The notes beneath the pieces are model-generated. The model had not been told where the DNA came from. It was given only the letters and a program-made list of their open reading frames with translations, and did not search any database. 64,000 nt of DNA from Raja brachyura (Eukaryota), in the NCBI GenBank assembly GCA_963514005.1, contig OY740805.1, forward strand, positions 36,704,001-36,768,000. Reading direction: 5' to 3'. Positions 1 through 12,271 of this stretch are shown here, in pieces (position 1 is the stretch's first letter; each line of letters begins with the position of its first letter). A program made the translations under genes and the position numbers.

Positions 1-14
1 TTGTCTGCTTGTGA

Positions 15-24
15 GGAAGTGAAA
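15..24 (+). promoter_or_regulatory. ETS-IRF composite element (EICE, GGAAGTGAAA) upstream of gene A
   Basis: GAGGAAGTGAAACT matches the PU.1/IRF composite consensus GGAAnnGAAA; retained in the duplicated copy at 39428-39437. Confidence 0.4.
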
Positions 25-304
25 CTAGCTGTGAGAAATCTTGATGATTTTTTTAAATGTCATGAGTAAAGATCAGAATATCTTTAGCTTGCTTCCTCTT
101 GCTTCAAGTCCACTGTATCTCTGTGCTGATACGATGATCGGCCCTGTTGCCACGGATACGGGATCCAATTATCCATGTTTGATCCAGACCCTGAGTGCTG
201 TCTGAATAGAGTTTGCACATCTCCCGATGCACTTCATAGGGTTACTTGTGTGCTCCAGTATCCTGGTTTAAGGCTAATTGGCTAGTAATTTTGTCCCAAG
301 TGAA

Positions 305-2070
305 CTAGGAAATATAAAAATAAAAGAGAAGAAGTACAACGTAGCAAGGATGAGCGGGAAGCCGGGGGATTGCGTAGCATTTAAAGAGCAACAGAATATA
401 ACTAAAAAGGCAATACGGGGAGCAAAGATGAGGTACGAAGGTAAGTTGGCCATGAATATAAAGGAGGATAGTAAAAGCTTCTTTCGGTGTGTGAAGAGGA
501 AAACATTAACTAAGATCAATGTTGGACCCTTGAAGACCGAAATATGTGAATTTATTATGGGGAACAAGGAAATGGCAGTTGAGTTGAACAGGTATAGTGG
601 ATCTGTCTTCACTAAGGAGGACACAAACAATCTTCCTGATATAGTAGTGGCCAGAGGATCTGTGGTGACGGAAGAATTGAAGGAAATCTACATCAGGCAG
701 GAAACGGTGTTCGGCAGACTGATGGGACTGAAGGCTGATAAATCCCTAGGGCCTGATGGTCTGCATCCCAGGTTACTTAAGGAAGTGATTCTAGATATCA
801 TGGAAGCATTGGTGATCAATTTCCAATGTTCTATACATTCAGGATCAGTTCCTTTAGATTGGAGGGTAGCTAATGTTATCCCACCTTTTAAGAAAGGCGG
901 GATAGAGAAAACAGAGAATTATGGACCAGTTCGCCTGACATCGGTGGTGGGGAAGATGCTGGAGTCAATCATAAAAGATGAAATAGCGGCACATTTGGAT
1001 AGCAGTAACAGGATCGATCCGAGTCAGCATGGATTTACGAAGAGAAAATCTCGCTTGATTAATCTTCTGGATTTTCTTGACGATGTAACTCAGAAAATGG
1101 ACAAGTGGATTCAGTGTACCTGGGCATTCATAAATCATTTTATAAGGTCCCATATAGGAGATTAGTGGGCAAAATTAGGGTACATGGTATTAGGGGTGCT
1201 GACATGGATAGAAAATTGGTTGGCAGACAGCAAAAAGTGGGATCCCAGAGTAGTGATTTACGTGTCCCATTTCAGAATGGCAGGCAGTGACTAGTGGGGT
1301 GCCCCAAGGCTCGGTGCTGGGACCGCTGCTATTTACAATATATATTAATGATTTAGATGAAGGGATTACAAGTAACATTAGCACATTTTCAGATGCCACA
1401 AAGCTGGGTGACAGTGTGAACTGTGAGGAGGGTGCTATGAGAATGCAGGGTGACTTGTAAAGGTTGAGTGAGTGGGCAGATGCATGGCAGGTAATGCTTG
1501 ATGTGGATAAATGTGAAGTTATCCACTTTGGTAACAAAAAAAGGAAGGAAGATTATTATCTAAATGGTGTCAAGTTGGGAAAAGGGGAAGTTCAACAGGA
1601 TCTGCGGGTCCTTGTTCATCAGTCAATGAAAGTAAGCATGAAGCTACAGCAGGCAGTTAAAAAGCGAATGACATGTTGGCATTCATAACACGAGGATTGG
1701 GTATAGGACAAAGAGTCCTTCTGTTGTTCTACTGGGCCCTAGTGAGACCACATCTGGAGGTTTGTGTGCAGTTTTGGTCTCCAAATTTGAGGAAGGACAT
1801 TCTTCCAACTGAGGGAGTGCAACGTAGGTTGACAAGGTTCGTTTCCAGAATGGCGGGACCATCATATGCTGAGAAAATTGAGAAACTGGGCTTGTATACT
1901 CTGGAATTTAGAAGGATGAAATGCGATCTTATTGAAATATATAAGATTAGTAAGGTTTTGGGCACGCCAGAGTCAGGAAACATGTTCCCGATGTTGGGGG
2001 AGTCCAGCACCAGGGGCCACAGTTTAAGAATAAAGTGTAAACTATTTCCAATGGAGGTAAGAAACAGTTT
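305..2070 (+). mobile_element. CR1-type LINE, decayed RT region (5' part; continues at about 6513-6750 after an L1 insertion)
   Basis: ORF fragments GPDGLHPRLLKE, VRLTSVVGKMLE, QHGFTK, LVRPHLEVCVQFWSP typical of CR1 ORF2; frameshifts and stops. Confidence 0.9.
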
Positions 2071-2073
2071 TTC

Positions 2074-5000
2074 TTTTTTTTTAACGTTAATTTTTTATGA
2101 GAGAAATGTACATATCATAGTACAAACCACTACAAACTTTGTTAAACCGTTACATATTAAATATCCAGGATTCCAGGGACCCCACTACGAGCGTAGCTGG
2201 GGTCTTCATTTATCGGTTACATATTACCATTACCTCTAATTATTATTATTATTTTTAATATATAGAAAAAATAAAGAGAGAAAAAAAAGAAAATTAGAAA
2301 AATAGAATAATCTATCCATAATACAACTTAGGAGATAGGTCCGTAGGTCAGAGAACATAACTATTCATCTAGTCCTGGGTTCAAGCTTCAGTCGGGCTTC
2401 CGCGCCAGCCCATTCTACCCCTTCAAATAATCTATGAACGGAGACCATATTCTAGTAAATAATTGTGGTTTGTCAATTTGTTTTCCAGATTTATGTTCTC
2501 CGACATCTCCATATTCCACATTTTGATTGTGGGGGTTGCTGGGATTTTCCAAAATTTTAATATTAATTTTTTCCCAGTTATTATACTGTAATCAAGGATT
2601 TTTTTTGGATTATTGTAAGTTTTAGGTAGTGTTCTGATATGCCTAATATTATTAATTTAGGATCGGGCTCCGGTTAAGTATTAACCACCACGGAAATAAT
2701 TTAAACAATATCCATCCCCATTTTTAAAATTTTTATGCAACTTACAGAGGTATGGGTTAAATTAGCCTCAGAGTATATACATTTATCACAGATAGGAGAG
2801 ATATTAAAAACAATTCTATTTAATTTTGTTTTAAAGTAATGCAATCTATGTAATAGTTTAAATTGTACTAAATAATGTCTGGCGTTTAACGAACATTGAT
2901 GCATATGTTATAGACTTTTATCCTAAATATCTTTCGTTATGGGTTGAACTAATTCGTTTTCCCATGCTTGTCTATATAATTCCGTCGACGGAATCTCATT
3001 ATCTAAAAGAGTATTATAAATGTAAGATATTAATTTGACTGTGTTGGGGTGTTTATTCAAATATTCATCTAGAATCTCCGGCTCTCTAGTTCTGTATTCT
3101 TGTGTATGGGATTTAACATAATCTTTAACTTGTAAATATCTTAAACAATTATTTGAATGTCGTCCATAATTCTGTTGTACCTCCTGAAACGAGAGGAACA
3201 TACCTTTTCTATAAAGATGTCCCATCTTTTTAATTCCATAATGTTTCCATTGTGCAAAACCTTTATCCAATACTGAAGGTTTAAATGAAGGGTTGTTTGC
3301 AATAGGGAGACAAAGTGATAAATTATCCAATTTTAATGTGTTTTTAATTTGTTTCTAGATTCTAATACCACTATGTATTATTGGATTTTCCACTATAGAT
3401 TTTTTAATTCAATTTTGTGGGATCTAACAGAATCGGACCAATTTCAAAAGGCAGACAATCCTCCTTTTCCATCTTTAACCAGTCTGGTTGTTGATCCATA
3501 TCTTCCAACCAGAAATTCATGTTTTTGACAATGACTGCCCAGAAATAAAATAAGAAATTTGGTAAGACTAATCCTCCATTCAGCTTAGGTGTTTTTTTGC
3601 TTATTTTGTGATTATTATAATCCCAAATAAAACGTCACAATAGAGTCGACTTATGTAAAGACATTTTTTGGGAGATATATCGGAATTGATTGAAAGAGGT
3701 ATAGTAGTTGAGGAAGGAAAATCATTTTAATAGCATTAATTCTACCGAGCATTGAAATGGAAAGTGTTTTCCAATATTGAATATTCTTATGCAATTTATT
3801 ACGTAAAGGCACGAAATTTGATTTGAATAAAGAAATATATTTCTTGGCCACGTAAATTCCTAAGTATTTCAATTTTTCATTCACTATTTTAAAAGGTGAT
3901 TGTTGCAATATATATAAATTAGGTTCCGTTATTGGCATAATCTCACTCTTATTACAATTAATTCTGTATCCCGAGAATAAACCAAATTGAGTTATAAGAT
4001 TTAACAAGCTAGGGATGCTGATTTCTGGATTTGTAATATATAATAATACATCATCTGAATATAGAGAAATGTTATTAACTGTATTTTTAGTATTATATCT
4101 ATATATTTCTGGGTGTACACTAACTCTTTCTGCTAGTGGTTCTATAGCAAAGGCGAATAGTAACGGGGATAACGGGCATCCTTGTCTACATCCTTCAGAT
4201 AAATCAAATGTTGTTGATAACATTTGATTTGTCATTATTCTAGCTGTTGGGTTGGTGTATAAAAGCTTAACCCAAGTGCAAAACGTCTCACCTAGTTGAA
4301 AATTTCGATCACCGAAAATAAGTAGGGCCAATCCACTTGATCGAATGCTTTCTCGGCATCTAACGAGATGACTGCTAAATCTACATTAGCTATTCTATTT
4401 GAGTATATAATGTTAAATAATAGTCACAGAATATAATATGAATAACGTTTTGGAATAAAGCCTGTTTGATCGGGGTGTATCAATGTATGAATCACTAAAT
4501 TTAATCTATTGCTAAAATGTTGGTTAATATTTTCTAATCGGTGTATAAGAGAGCAATTGCTCTATATGAGCCTGGGTCTTCAAGGTCTTTATCCGATTTT
4601 GGTATAAGAATTATTGTTGATTTATTTAAAGTTTCTGGAAGTTTCTGTTGCATGAATGCTTGAGTATATAATGTCTGTAGGCGTGGCGAGATCAGATCAT
4701 GAAATGTTTTATAAAATTCGCTATTTAAAGCACCTGGGCCAGCGGCCTTTCAATTTTTTAAAGAATTAATAGATTCTTCAATATCTTTTACTGATATTTC
4801 AGCCCCTAATAATTACCTCTCTTTCAGGTCTAAACCTGTAAGATTACATTTATGTAAACATAATTCAATTCCTGCAGAACCCACTGTCGTTTTGGTTGAG
4901 TAAAGTGTTTGATAGTAGTGAGAGAATCTATCATTAATATCCTTGGGTAATTTTAATATTTCTCCCGTATCTGATTTAATTTTATGTATTGTTTCTTCCC

Positions 5001-6509
5001 CTTCCTATTTTCGGAGTTGACGTGTGGGATATTTTTGTGGTTTATCACTGAATTGAAAAGTGTAGCTGTTTAGTCTTTTGATAACGTTTCATGATTTGGT
5101 CTGAATATATTTCGTTTAACTTATATTTGCGTGCAGCAATTTTATTATGTATTATCATAGAAGGCGCGATGGCATTTTCCATATCTAATTGCCTTATTTC
5201 CATTTCCAATATCAGTTGTTTGGCGCAGTTCTCTTTATTACGAAAGGCTTGCACGGAGATTAACGCTCCTCGTATAAATGCTTTAAATGTTTCCCAAAGA
5301 AGGGAGGCAGATATTTCAGGGCCGTCGTAGGTCTCAAAAAACATGTTTATCTGTGCGATAAGATATTCGTAACATGCCTTTTCATTTAAAATTTGAGGAT
5401 TAAGTCTCCATTGTGTCTGCTTATCAGTCATTCCACTTAGTTTGATCATAAATGTTAAAGGAGAATGGTGAGAAATTATAATATTATGATATTTCGCGTT
5501 ATAAGTAAATGGCATACTAGTTTAGAGTCTACTAAAAAGTAGTCTACCTTGAATAGGTTTTATGCACCGGTGAGTAAAATGAGTATTCCCTTCCAGATGA
5601 GTTTTCAATTCTCCAAACATCCTTGATAGTAGTAGAATTAATGTATGAATTTAATAATTCGTCTGCCTTAGATATTACTTTTCTTTGTCTTGATGATCTG
5701 GCGAGATAGGAATCTAGTGTACAATTTAAATCTCCACCGATTATCAATTTATGTTGTGCGAGCTCCGGGATAGTATTCTTAAAAACTTCTTTAAAAAAAC
5801 ATAGGGTTATCATAATTTCTTAAAAAACATAGGGTCATCATAATTTGGTCCATAGACATTGAGAAAAATCACTTTTTAAAGATATAATTCACCCACTAGT
5901 ATAATATATCTACCATTAGTGTCCGCAATAGTTGATATGTGAACACCTCTGGCCTTATGGGAGAATGAAGAATTATATGTTTCAGCGATCCATTTTGCTT
6001 TCAATCTATGTTGTGCATCATTTTTAAGGTGAGTTTCTTGAAGAAATGTTATATCTGCATTGAGTGATTTAAAGTATGCTAATACCTCACCACTCTTGAT
6101 TGATTCATCAATTCCCTTAACATTCTAACTACAAAAAGAGACGTCCAAGAACTCTGTGTGCCCGGCCTAATAATCTAAATTACCTAATTTAGATCTCGGC
6201 AAGGAGTGTCCCTGTAGTGCTTTTGGTCTAAATTAAATACTTTTTTAAATAAGGCTGCGGCAAAATCACGGAGATATTTAGTTCCTTCCTCACCTTCTCG
6301 AACGCCAACAATTCTTAAATTCTGACGTCTCTGGCGGCTTGTTCTCGGCAAGGAGTATCTCTGTAGTGCTTTCCAAGTGAGTTATGGCTTCAGTTTGTTT
6401 CTCCAATTGTTGATCTATTGTAGTGGAGGCCGACTCCAGCTTATCATTAAAGTTGGTTTCATTCGACTTAATGTTCTCGTTTACTTCATTGATTTATAAG
6501 TTCATTGAC
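2074..6509 (-). mobile_element. L1-clade LINE (decayed ORF2 EN/RT), inserted into the CR1
   Basis: Minus-strand fragments IIGGDLNCTLD, YSFYSPVHKTYSR, GCRQGCPLSPLLF, LYSDDVLLY; poly(T) at the left end; near-identical flanks aacagtttttc (2063-2073) and aactgtttttc (6510-6520) as probable TSD. Confidence 0.9.
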
Positions 6510-6512
6510 AAC

Positions 6513-6750
6513 TGTTTTTCACGCAGAGAGTTGGGAGTCTGTGCAATTATGTGCCTCAGAGGGTGGTGGAGGCCGGTTCTCTGGAAACTTTCAAGAGCTA
6601 GGTAGGGCTCTTGAAGATAACGGAGTCAGGGAATATGGGGAGATTGCGTGAATGGGGTACTACTTGTGGATGATCAGCCATGATCACATTGAATGGTGGT
6701 GACCTACACCTAAAGGGCCGAATGACCTACTCCTGCACCTCTTATCTATT
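6513..6750 (+). mobile_element. CR1 3' end (continuation of the 305-2070 element)
   Basis: Collinear with the uninterrupted CR1 copy at about 41480-41720. Confidence 0.8.
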
Positions 6751-6756
6751 GCCTCT

Positions 6757-7470
6757 TGGGACAAGGTAGAGATGGTTGAAAACTTCAAATTTAAATTCAA
6801 TTTCAAACTTCAAATTCCATGAAGTCACCTCAACAACAACTTCTCCTGGACCACGCATATTGAAGCAACGATCAAGAACAACGTCCAACGCCTCCAGTTA
6901 CTTGTAAGGCTTGGGGAGTTTGGCACGTCTCCTGTAACTCCCGCCAGCTTCTGCAGATGCACCATAGAAAGCATTTTATCAGGATGCATCACAGATTGGT
7001 TTGGCAACAGCTGCATCCAAGACCACAAGAAATTGCAGCGAATTGTTAACGCAGCCCAGAACATCACACAAACCAACCTCCCTTCCATTGACTCCATTCA
7101 TTCCTCACGCTGTTCCGGCAAGGCGGGCAGCATAATCAAGGACCGTCACACCCTGGCCACTCCCTCTTCTCCCCTCTCCTATCGGGCAAAAGGTGTAGAA
7201 GTCTGAAAACGCACATCTCCAGATTTAGGGACAGTTTCTTCCCAGCTGTTAACAGACAATTGACTCATCCTACCACAATCAGAGAGCAGTACGTAACTGC
7301 TATCCACCTCCTTGGTGACCCTTGGATTATCTTTTATCGTACTTTGCTGGCGTTACCTTGCACTGGACGTTATTCCCATATCACGTATCTCAACTGTAAA
7401 TGGGTCAATTGTGATCACATATTTGTCTTTCTGTTGGTTGGTTCGCACGCAACTAAAGCTTTTAACTGTA
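6757..7470 (+). mobile_element. Rex1/Babar-like LINE 3' fragment (shared by all three gene units: also about 23890-24640 and 41730-42113)
   Basis: Encodes an FxRCTIESILSGCIT-type C-terminal RT motif; same junction with the CR1 tail in all three copies. Confidence 0.65.
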
Positions 7471-8432
7471 ACTCGGATAGGCACAAAAATCTGGAGTGAC
7501 TCAACAGACAATAGACAATAGACAATGGGTGCAGGAGGCCATTCGGCCCTTCGAGCCAGCACCGCCATTCACTTTGATCATGCCTGATAATCCACAATCA
7601 GCACCCCGTTCCTGCCTTCTTCCCATATCCCTTGACTGCGCTATCTTTCCGAGCTCTATCTAACTCAGCTGGACAGGTAGCAACTCTGGAGATCAGGAAT
7701 TAGTGACGTTTCGGGTCCCGACCCTTCTTCACACCTATGTACCTCGGTACATGTGACACTACACTAAACTGAGTGCAGATCCAGATTATCCGTCCGGGCA
7801 ATGAACGAAATCCCGAATTCTGAATTTGAGTTTTCAATAAACATCTTGCTTTTCGACCTGCCACTTAGTGGATTCTTTGCACGCAAATAGATAAATGGAT
7901 TTGTCAACTGCGAGGCAGCTGACGTCCTCTTCTCAGGAAAAGCGGCCCAGCTTGTTCCTTCTGAAGCGATTTCACAATGCTGCACCCAAGACGTTATTTA
8001 AAAAAAACCCTTCGTGCTGGAGGAACTAAACGGGTCAGGCAGCATCTCTGGAGATGAAAACAACGAACCACAGGTGGTGGTTAATGCTCAAGTATGTCAA
8101 GTGCTGGAGTACCTCAACAGGTCAGACAGCGCCTATGTAGGTGGGATGAAGGAACTGCAGATGCTGGTTGATGCATAAAATAACATAAAGTGCTGAAGTA
8201 ACTCAGCAGGTCCGACAGCGCCTCTGACGCTGGGAACGATGAACAGCAAAGGCTGGTGGATGCATATAAGATCAAAAAGTGCTCCAGTAGATCAGTGATT
8301 CAGGAAGCATTTCTGGAGAACATGGATAGGCGACGGGTCTGGACCTCTCTTCAGACGGATTTCCCATGTCTTCTTCCGATGCTGCCTGACCTATTTTTGT
8401 GTGTTTCTTTCCGCCTAGGTAGCCGTTCAAAG

Positions 8433-8475
8433 ATGCAGTGGAGTGTGGTCGCTTGGTCATGTCTGCTGTTGTCTG
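8433..8475 (+). CDS. Gene A leader (signal peptide) exon, MQWSVVAWSCLLLS-G
   Basis: ATG at 8433, hydrophobic peptide, phase-1 donor G|gtaggt matching the phase-1 V exon; paralogous leader at 25831; upstream acceptor (cctag, 8418) suggests a non-coding first exon. Confidence 0.85.
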
Positions 8476-8484
8476 GTAGGTTTA

Positions 8485-8517
8485 CACACACGCACGCGTA
8501 CGCAGACGCAGACGCAG

Positions 8518-8602
<85 letters not shown>

Positions 8603-8607
8603 CACAC
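8485..8607. repeat. (CA)n microsatellite in the leader-V intron
   Basis: Directly visible. Confidence 0.95.
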
Positions 8608-8696
8608 GTAGATTATGTACATAGGTATAATGGATGGATTTGACTGGGTGGGTGGAAAGGCCAGAGCCGAAAATATAATATTATTTCTGGTTTCAG

Positions 8697-9029
8697 GTGC
8701 TGGTGGATCCGATGAATCGATCATACAATCACCGAAGCAGATCACAGTTACTGAAGGCGGGACTGTGCGGCTAAACTGTGCTGTTGTTGACAAGACAATC
8801 CGTTCAATTGGGGGCATTAGTTGGTACAAAGATGCGGGAACTCGTACCATTTCCAATGAGCGCGGCGACTATTATGGTCGCGTTTTGAAATATAGTTCAC
8901 CGGGAACCCTCAATGAATCAATCGAAATCACTGACATGAAAATGACCGAGACAGGAAGGTATTATTGCCGAGTGAGAGTTTTCTTCTTGCGAAGATATTG
9001 GGGCCACGGCACAGAAGTCACTGTCACAC
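8697..9029 (+). CDS. Gene A Ig V-set exon (NKp30/NCR3-like, joined VJ)
   Basis: tttcag| ... C|gtaagt, 333 nt, phase 1-1; canonical B-strand Cys, ISWYKD Trp, YYC and WGHGTEVTV J-like motif. Confidence 0.92.
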
Positions 9030-9477
9030 GTAAGTTTGCGTATTCTTAACTTTGTCTTTAAAGGCATTCCTAACACCGGTCACCACACGCCTCAACAACA
9101 AAGCTTTGTCAGATGAGATTTAGGCACATGAATTCATTATTTAGGCACAGAAAATGATTACAAATATAGGAACCAGCGGTCCAAGTTTAAGAATAAGTGG
9201 TGGGCAATTTAGGGCTGAGATGAGGAAAAAACTTTCATGCAGAGAGTTGTGAATCTGTGGAATTCTCTGCCACAGAAGGCAGTGTAGGATGATTCACTGG
9301 ATACTTTGAAGATAGAGCTCTTAAACATAGCAGAGTCAGGAGTTATGTGGAGTGGGCAGGAACGGAGTACTGATTTTAGATGGTCCACCATGATCATATT
9401 GAATGGCGGTGCTGGCTCAAAGGGCCAAATGGCCTACTCCTGCACCTATTTTTCTATTTTTATTTTTTTAATTACAG

Positions 9478-11135
9478 ATGATCTTCCTTCCACATATCCT
9501 GTACTTATTTCAATAAATACCGATTTATCTTCCTAATTTTTTTTTAAAGAAACTTGACACTCTGATCAAAAAATGTATTTGGGATTATAAAACAATTATA
9601 AAGCCTAAATAAATTGGCGGATTGGCTCTCCCCAATGTTTTACAGTATTACTGGGCAACGAATATTAAAAACGTAATCTATTGGATGGACAACACATGCC
9701 AACAGTTAATAACGGAGAGAGAGGATTGTTCGCCTTTTAATATAGGCGCCGTTCTTCTCTCTCCAATAAATTTGAATAAAACACTATATGAAAATATCCG
9801 ATTGTCCACAGTACCCTACGAATCTGGAAACAAGTGAAGTCAACTCTTAAACTGAGACATGTATCTTTTCTTTCACCAATTGCCAACAACTCTCGGGTCA
9901 AGCCGTCTATTTTAGACAAAACGTTCACACATTGCGAATGATTAGGAATTAAAAAACTCCGAGATCTTTATGAGGGGAACTCTTTTCCCATTTCAAGAAT
10001 TACAGTCGATATATTATCTGAAAGGTAGCCAATATTTTAGATACCTTCAAATACGAGACTATCTGAAATCATATATCAAAGACTATCAATCTACGTTGCC
10101 AGACACACTAGACGAATGTATGAATAGGAACTCGGATTCAAACAAGTTAACATCATATCTGCATAGCACCCTTTTAAATATACAAACGCCATCGTCAGAA
10201 TTAATTAGAAGAGCTTGGGAAGATGAGCTTGGCCTAAAAAAATTAAAAGACAGATGGGAGGAAAACCTTCTATATATACACAACTGTTCTCTTAACGTAA
10301 GGCATTCGTTAATTCAAATTAAAATATCACACAGACTATATTATTCAAAGTCTAATCTGAATAAGATATTTCCAAATGTATCTCCTGTATGTGATAAATG
10401 TCTCCTTCAGGAAGCAAAGGAACCCATTCCTTTGCCTCGTATAAATTTACATAATTTCTGGAGAGGATTTTTAAAATTTTTCTTCTAAAACACTAAAAAT
10501 AAAATTGGATCCCGACACGGAACTGACCACTCTAGGTACTTCAGAAGCCTGTTCTCAGCTATCACTATTTCCAAGACGTTTCTTAATTATGGCCTGACAA
10601 CGGCCAAAAAACCGAATACTTAGATTTTGGAAACATACTCTTAAGGTGTGGATTATAAACATGTCCGAGACACTACATCTTGAAAATATTAGACTTACTT
10701 TTGGCAGAAAAAAACAGATCATTTTTCCAAGACAAGGACACCATTGATTGATTTCTTACAAGGATAGTATGGCGCAACACAACTTTGGATTTAAATCTAA
10801 TTATGGGTTGGGTGAAGTGGGTGGGGAGGGACGAGAGGCAGGTCTACCATCACTTTTTCTTTCTTTTTTTCTTTTTGTCCTTTTATTTCTATTCCTCTCT
10901 TCTTTCTTTCTTTTATTCACTCTTTGGCTACAATACTTTGGTAGTCTAGTGGTCCTATCTTTGCGCATCTCACTTTTTTGCTTTCTTGCTGTTTCTCCTG
11001 TCTTTTCTTCTAATTCAAGTTAAAAAGTTAACATTGAAGCTGTGCAATAACTGTATAATTTTATATGCCGTTGCTTCTACTCTTGTACATTTGCTTCAAA
11101 TAAATAAAAATATTTTCAAAACAAACAAAAAAAAA
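9478..11135 (+). mobile_element. 5'-truncated L1-clade LINE with A-rich tail
   Basis: ORF2 C-terminal motifs (YYWATN, NCSLNVRHSLIQ, CDKC); AATAAA plus poly(A) at about 11099-11135. Confidence 0.85.
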
Positions 11136-11953
11136 CAATGTGCAAGATCAATCATAGAGTGACATAGTGATGCACCGTGGAGACAGGCCCTTCGACTCAA
11201 CTTACCCACAACGTGCCCAATAATGTCCCAGCTATCCTAGTCCCACCTGTGTGCGTTTGGTTCTTCGAAACATGTCCTATCCATGTACCTGTCCAACTGC
11301 TTCTTAAACAATGGGATAGTCCCAGCCTTTACGACCTCCTTTGGCAGCTTGCGCAATACACCGAGCTTTCTCTGTGGGGAAAAAATTCCCCTCGGATTCT
11401 TACTAAATCTTTTCTCCTTCACCATGAACCTCTGGTCCTCGATACCCCTACTCTGGGCTAGTGATCGTGGATCAGTATACAGGACCAAGAGAGAATAGGT
11501 GCACAATTTGAAATAATCCGTGCCGATTCATGGTCGCTTTCGACGTTGCAACATCCATGAATTTTGAAGCAGAACATCGGAATAACAAACATAAGACCGT
11601 AAACTGGCGGGGAAGATGGTGGAACTGTAAGGGAGCCATTTTTTCCCAACGAAGAGCAATCCAGTTCCCTCTTAATTCACATGCACGCTACGGTCACTCC
11701 GACTGCTCCATATTAGGGGGTAATTTTCAGCTACTAATTACCTATCAGGACGCACGTCCTTGGTATGAGAGAGGACGCAAGGAAAAACGCAGGCAATATG
11801 TACAACCTGCACACAGACAGACAGCATCCGAGGTCAGGATCGAACCCGGATTGTCGCGAGTAAACGAGACTGTCAAGATAGGTGTAATGGGTGGCATTGA
11901 TTGGCTGGACCTAAAGGCCAGCGCCGAAACTAAAATATTATTTCTGGTTTCAA

Positions 11954-12271
11954 GATCTGTTGCACAAACACCTTCTAATGTCAACGTTACTGAAGGCGGG
12001 ACTGTGCGGATTAATTGTACATTTGTTGGCAAGACAATTAGGGCCTTCAGTTGTTACAAAGACGAGGAAACTCGTGCCGTTTCTAACACGGGCGGCGACT
12101 ATTAGTTCACTTGGAATTCTAAAAGAAATAGAAATAGTTCACTTGGAATTCTAAAATAATCCATCGAAATCACTGACCTCAAAATGAACGATACAGGAAA
12201 GTATTACTGCCCAGTGACTGTTTTCCCAGTGGAAATATATAATGGCCACGGCACAGAAGTCACAGTCACAC
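11954..12271 (+). pseudogene. Pseudo-V exon (psiV2) of the same family
   Basis: Acceptor tttcag mutated to tttcaa (11953); core Trp changed to Cys (SCYKD); TAG at 12103 from a 22-nt internal duplication; donor at 12272 intact. Confidence 0.88.

Noticed and set aside
278-6605. Long ORFs as host genes
   Set aside because: All are frameshifted CR1 or L1 retrotransposon fragments.
8615-8696. N-terminal extensions of the V ORFs in the track (MYIGIMDG..., MYGIDW..., MAHYHP...)
   Set aside because: Intron read-through upstream of the tttcag acceptors; the true N-terminus is the separate leader exon.
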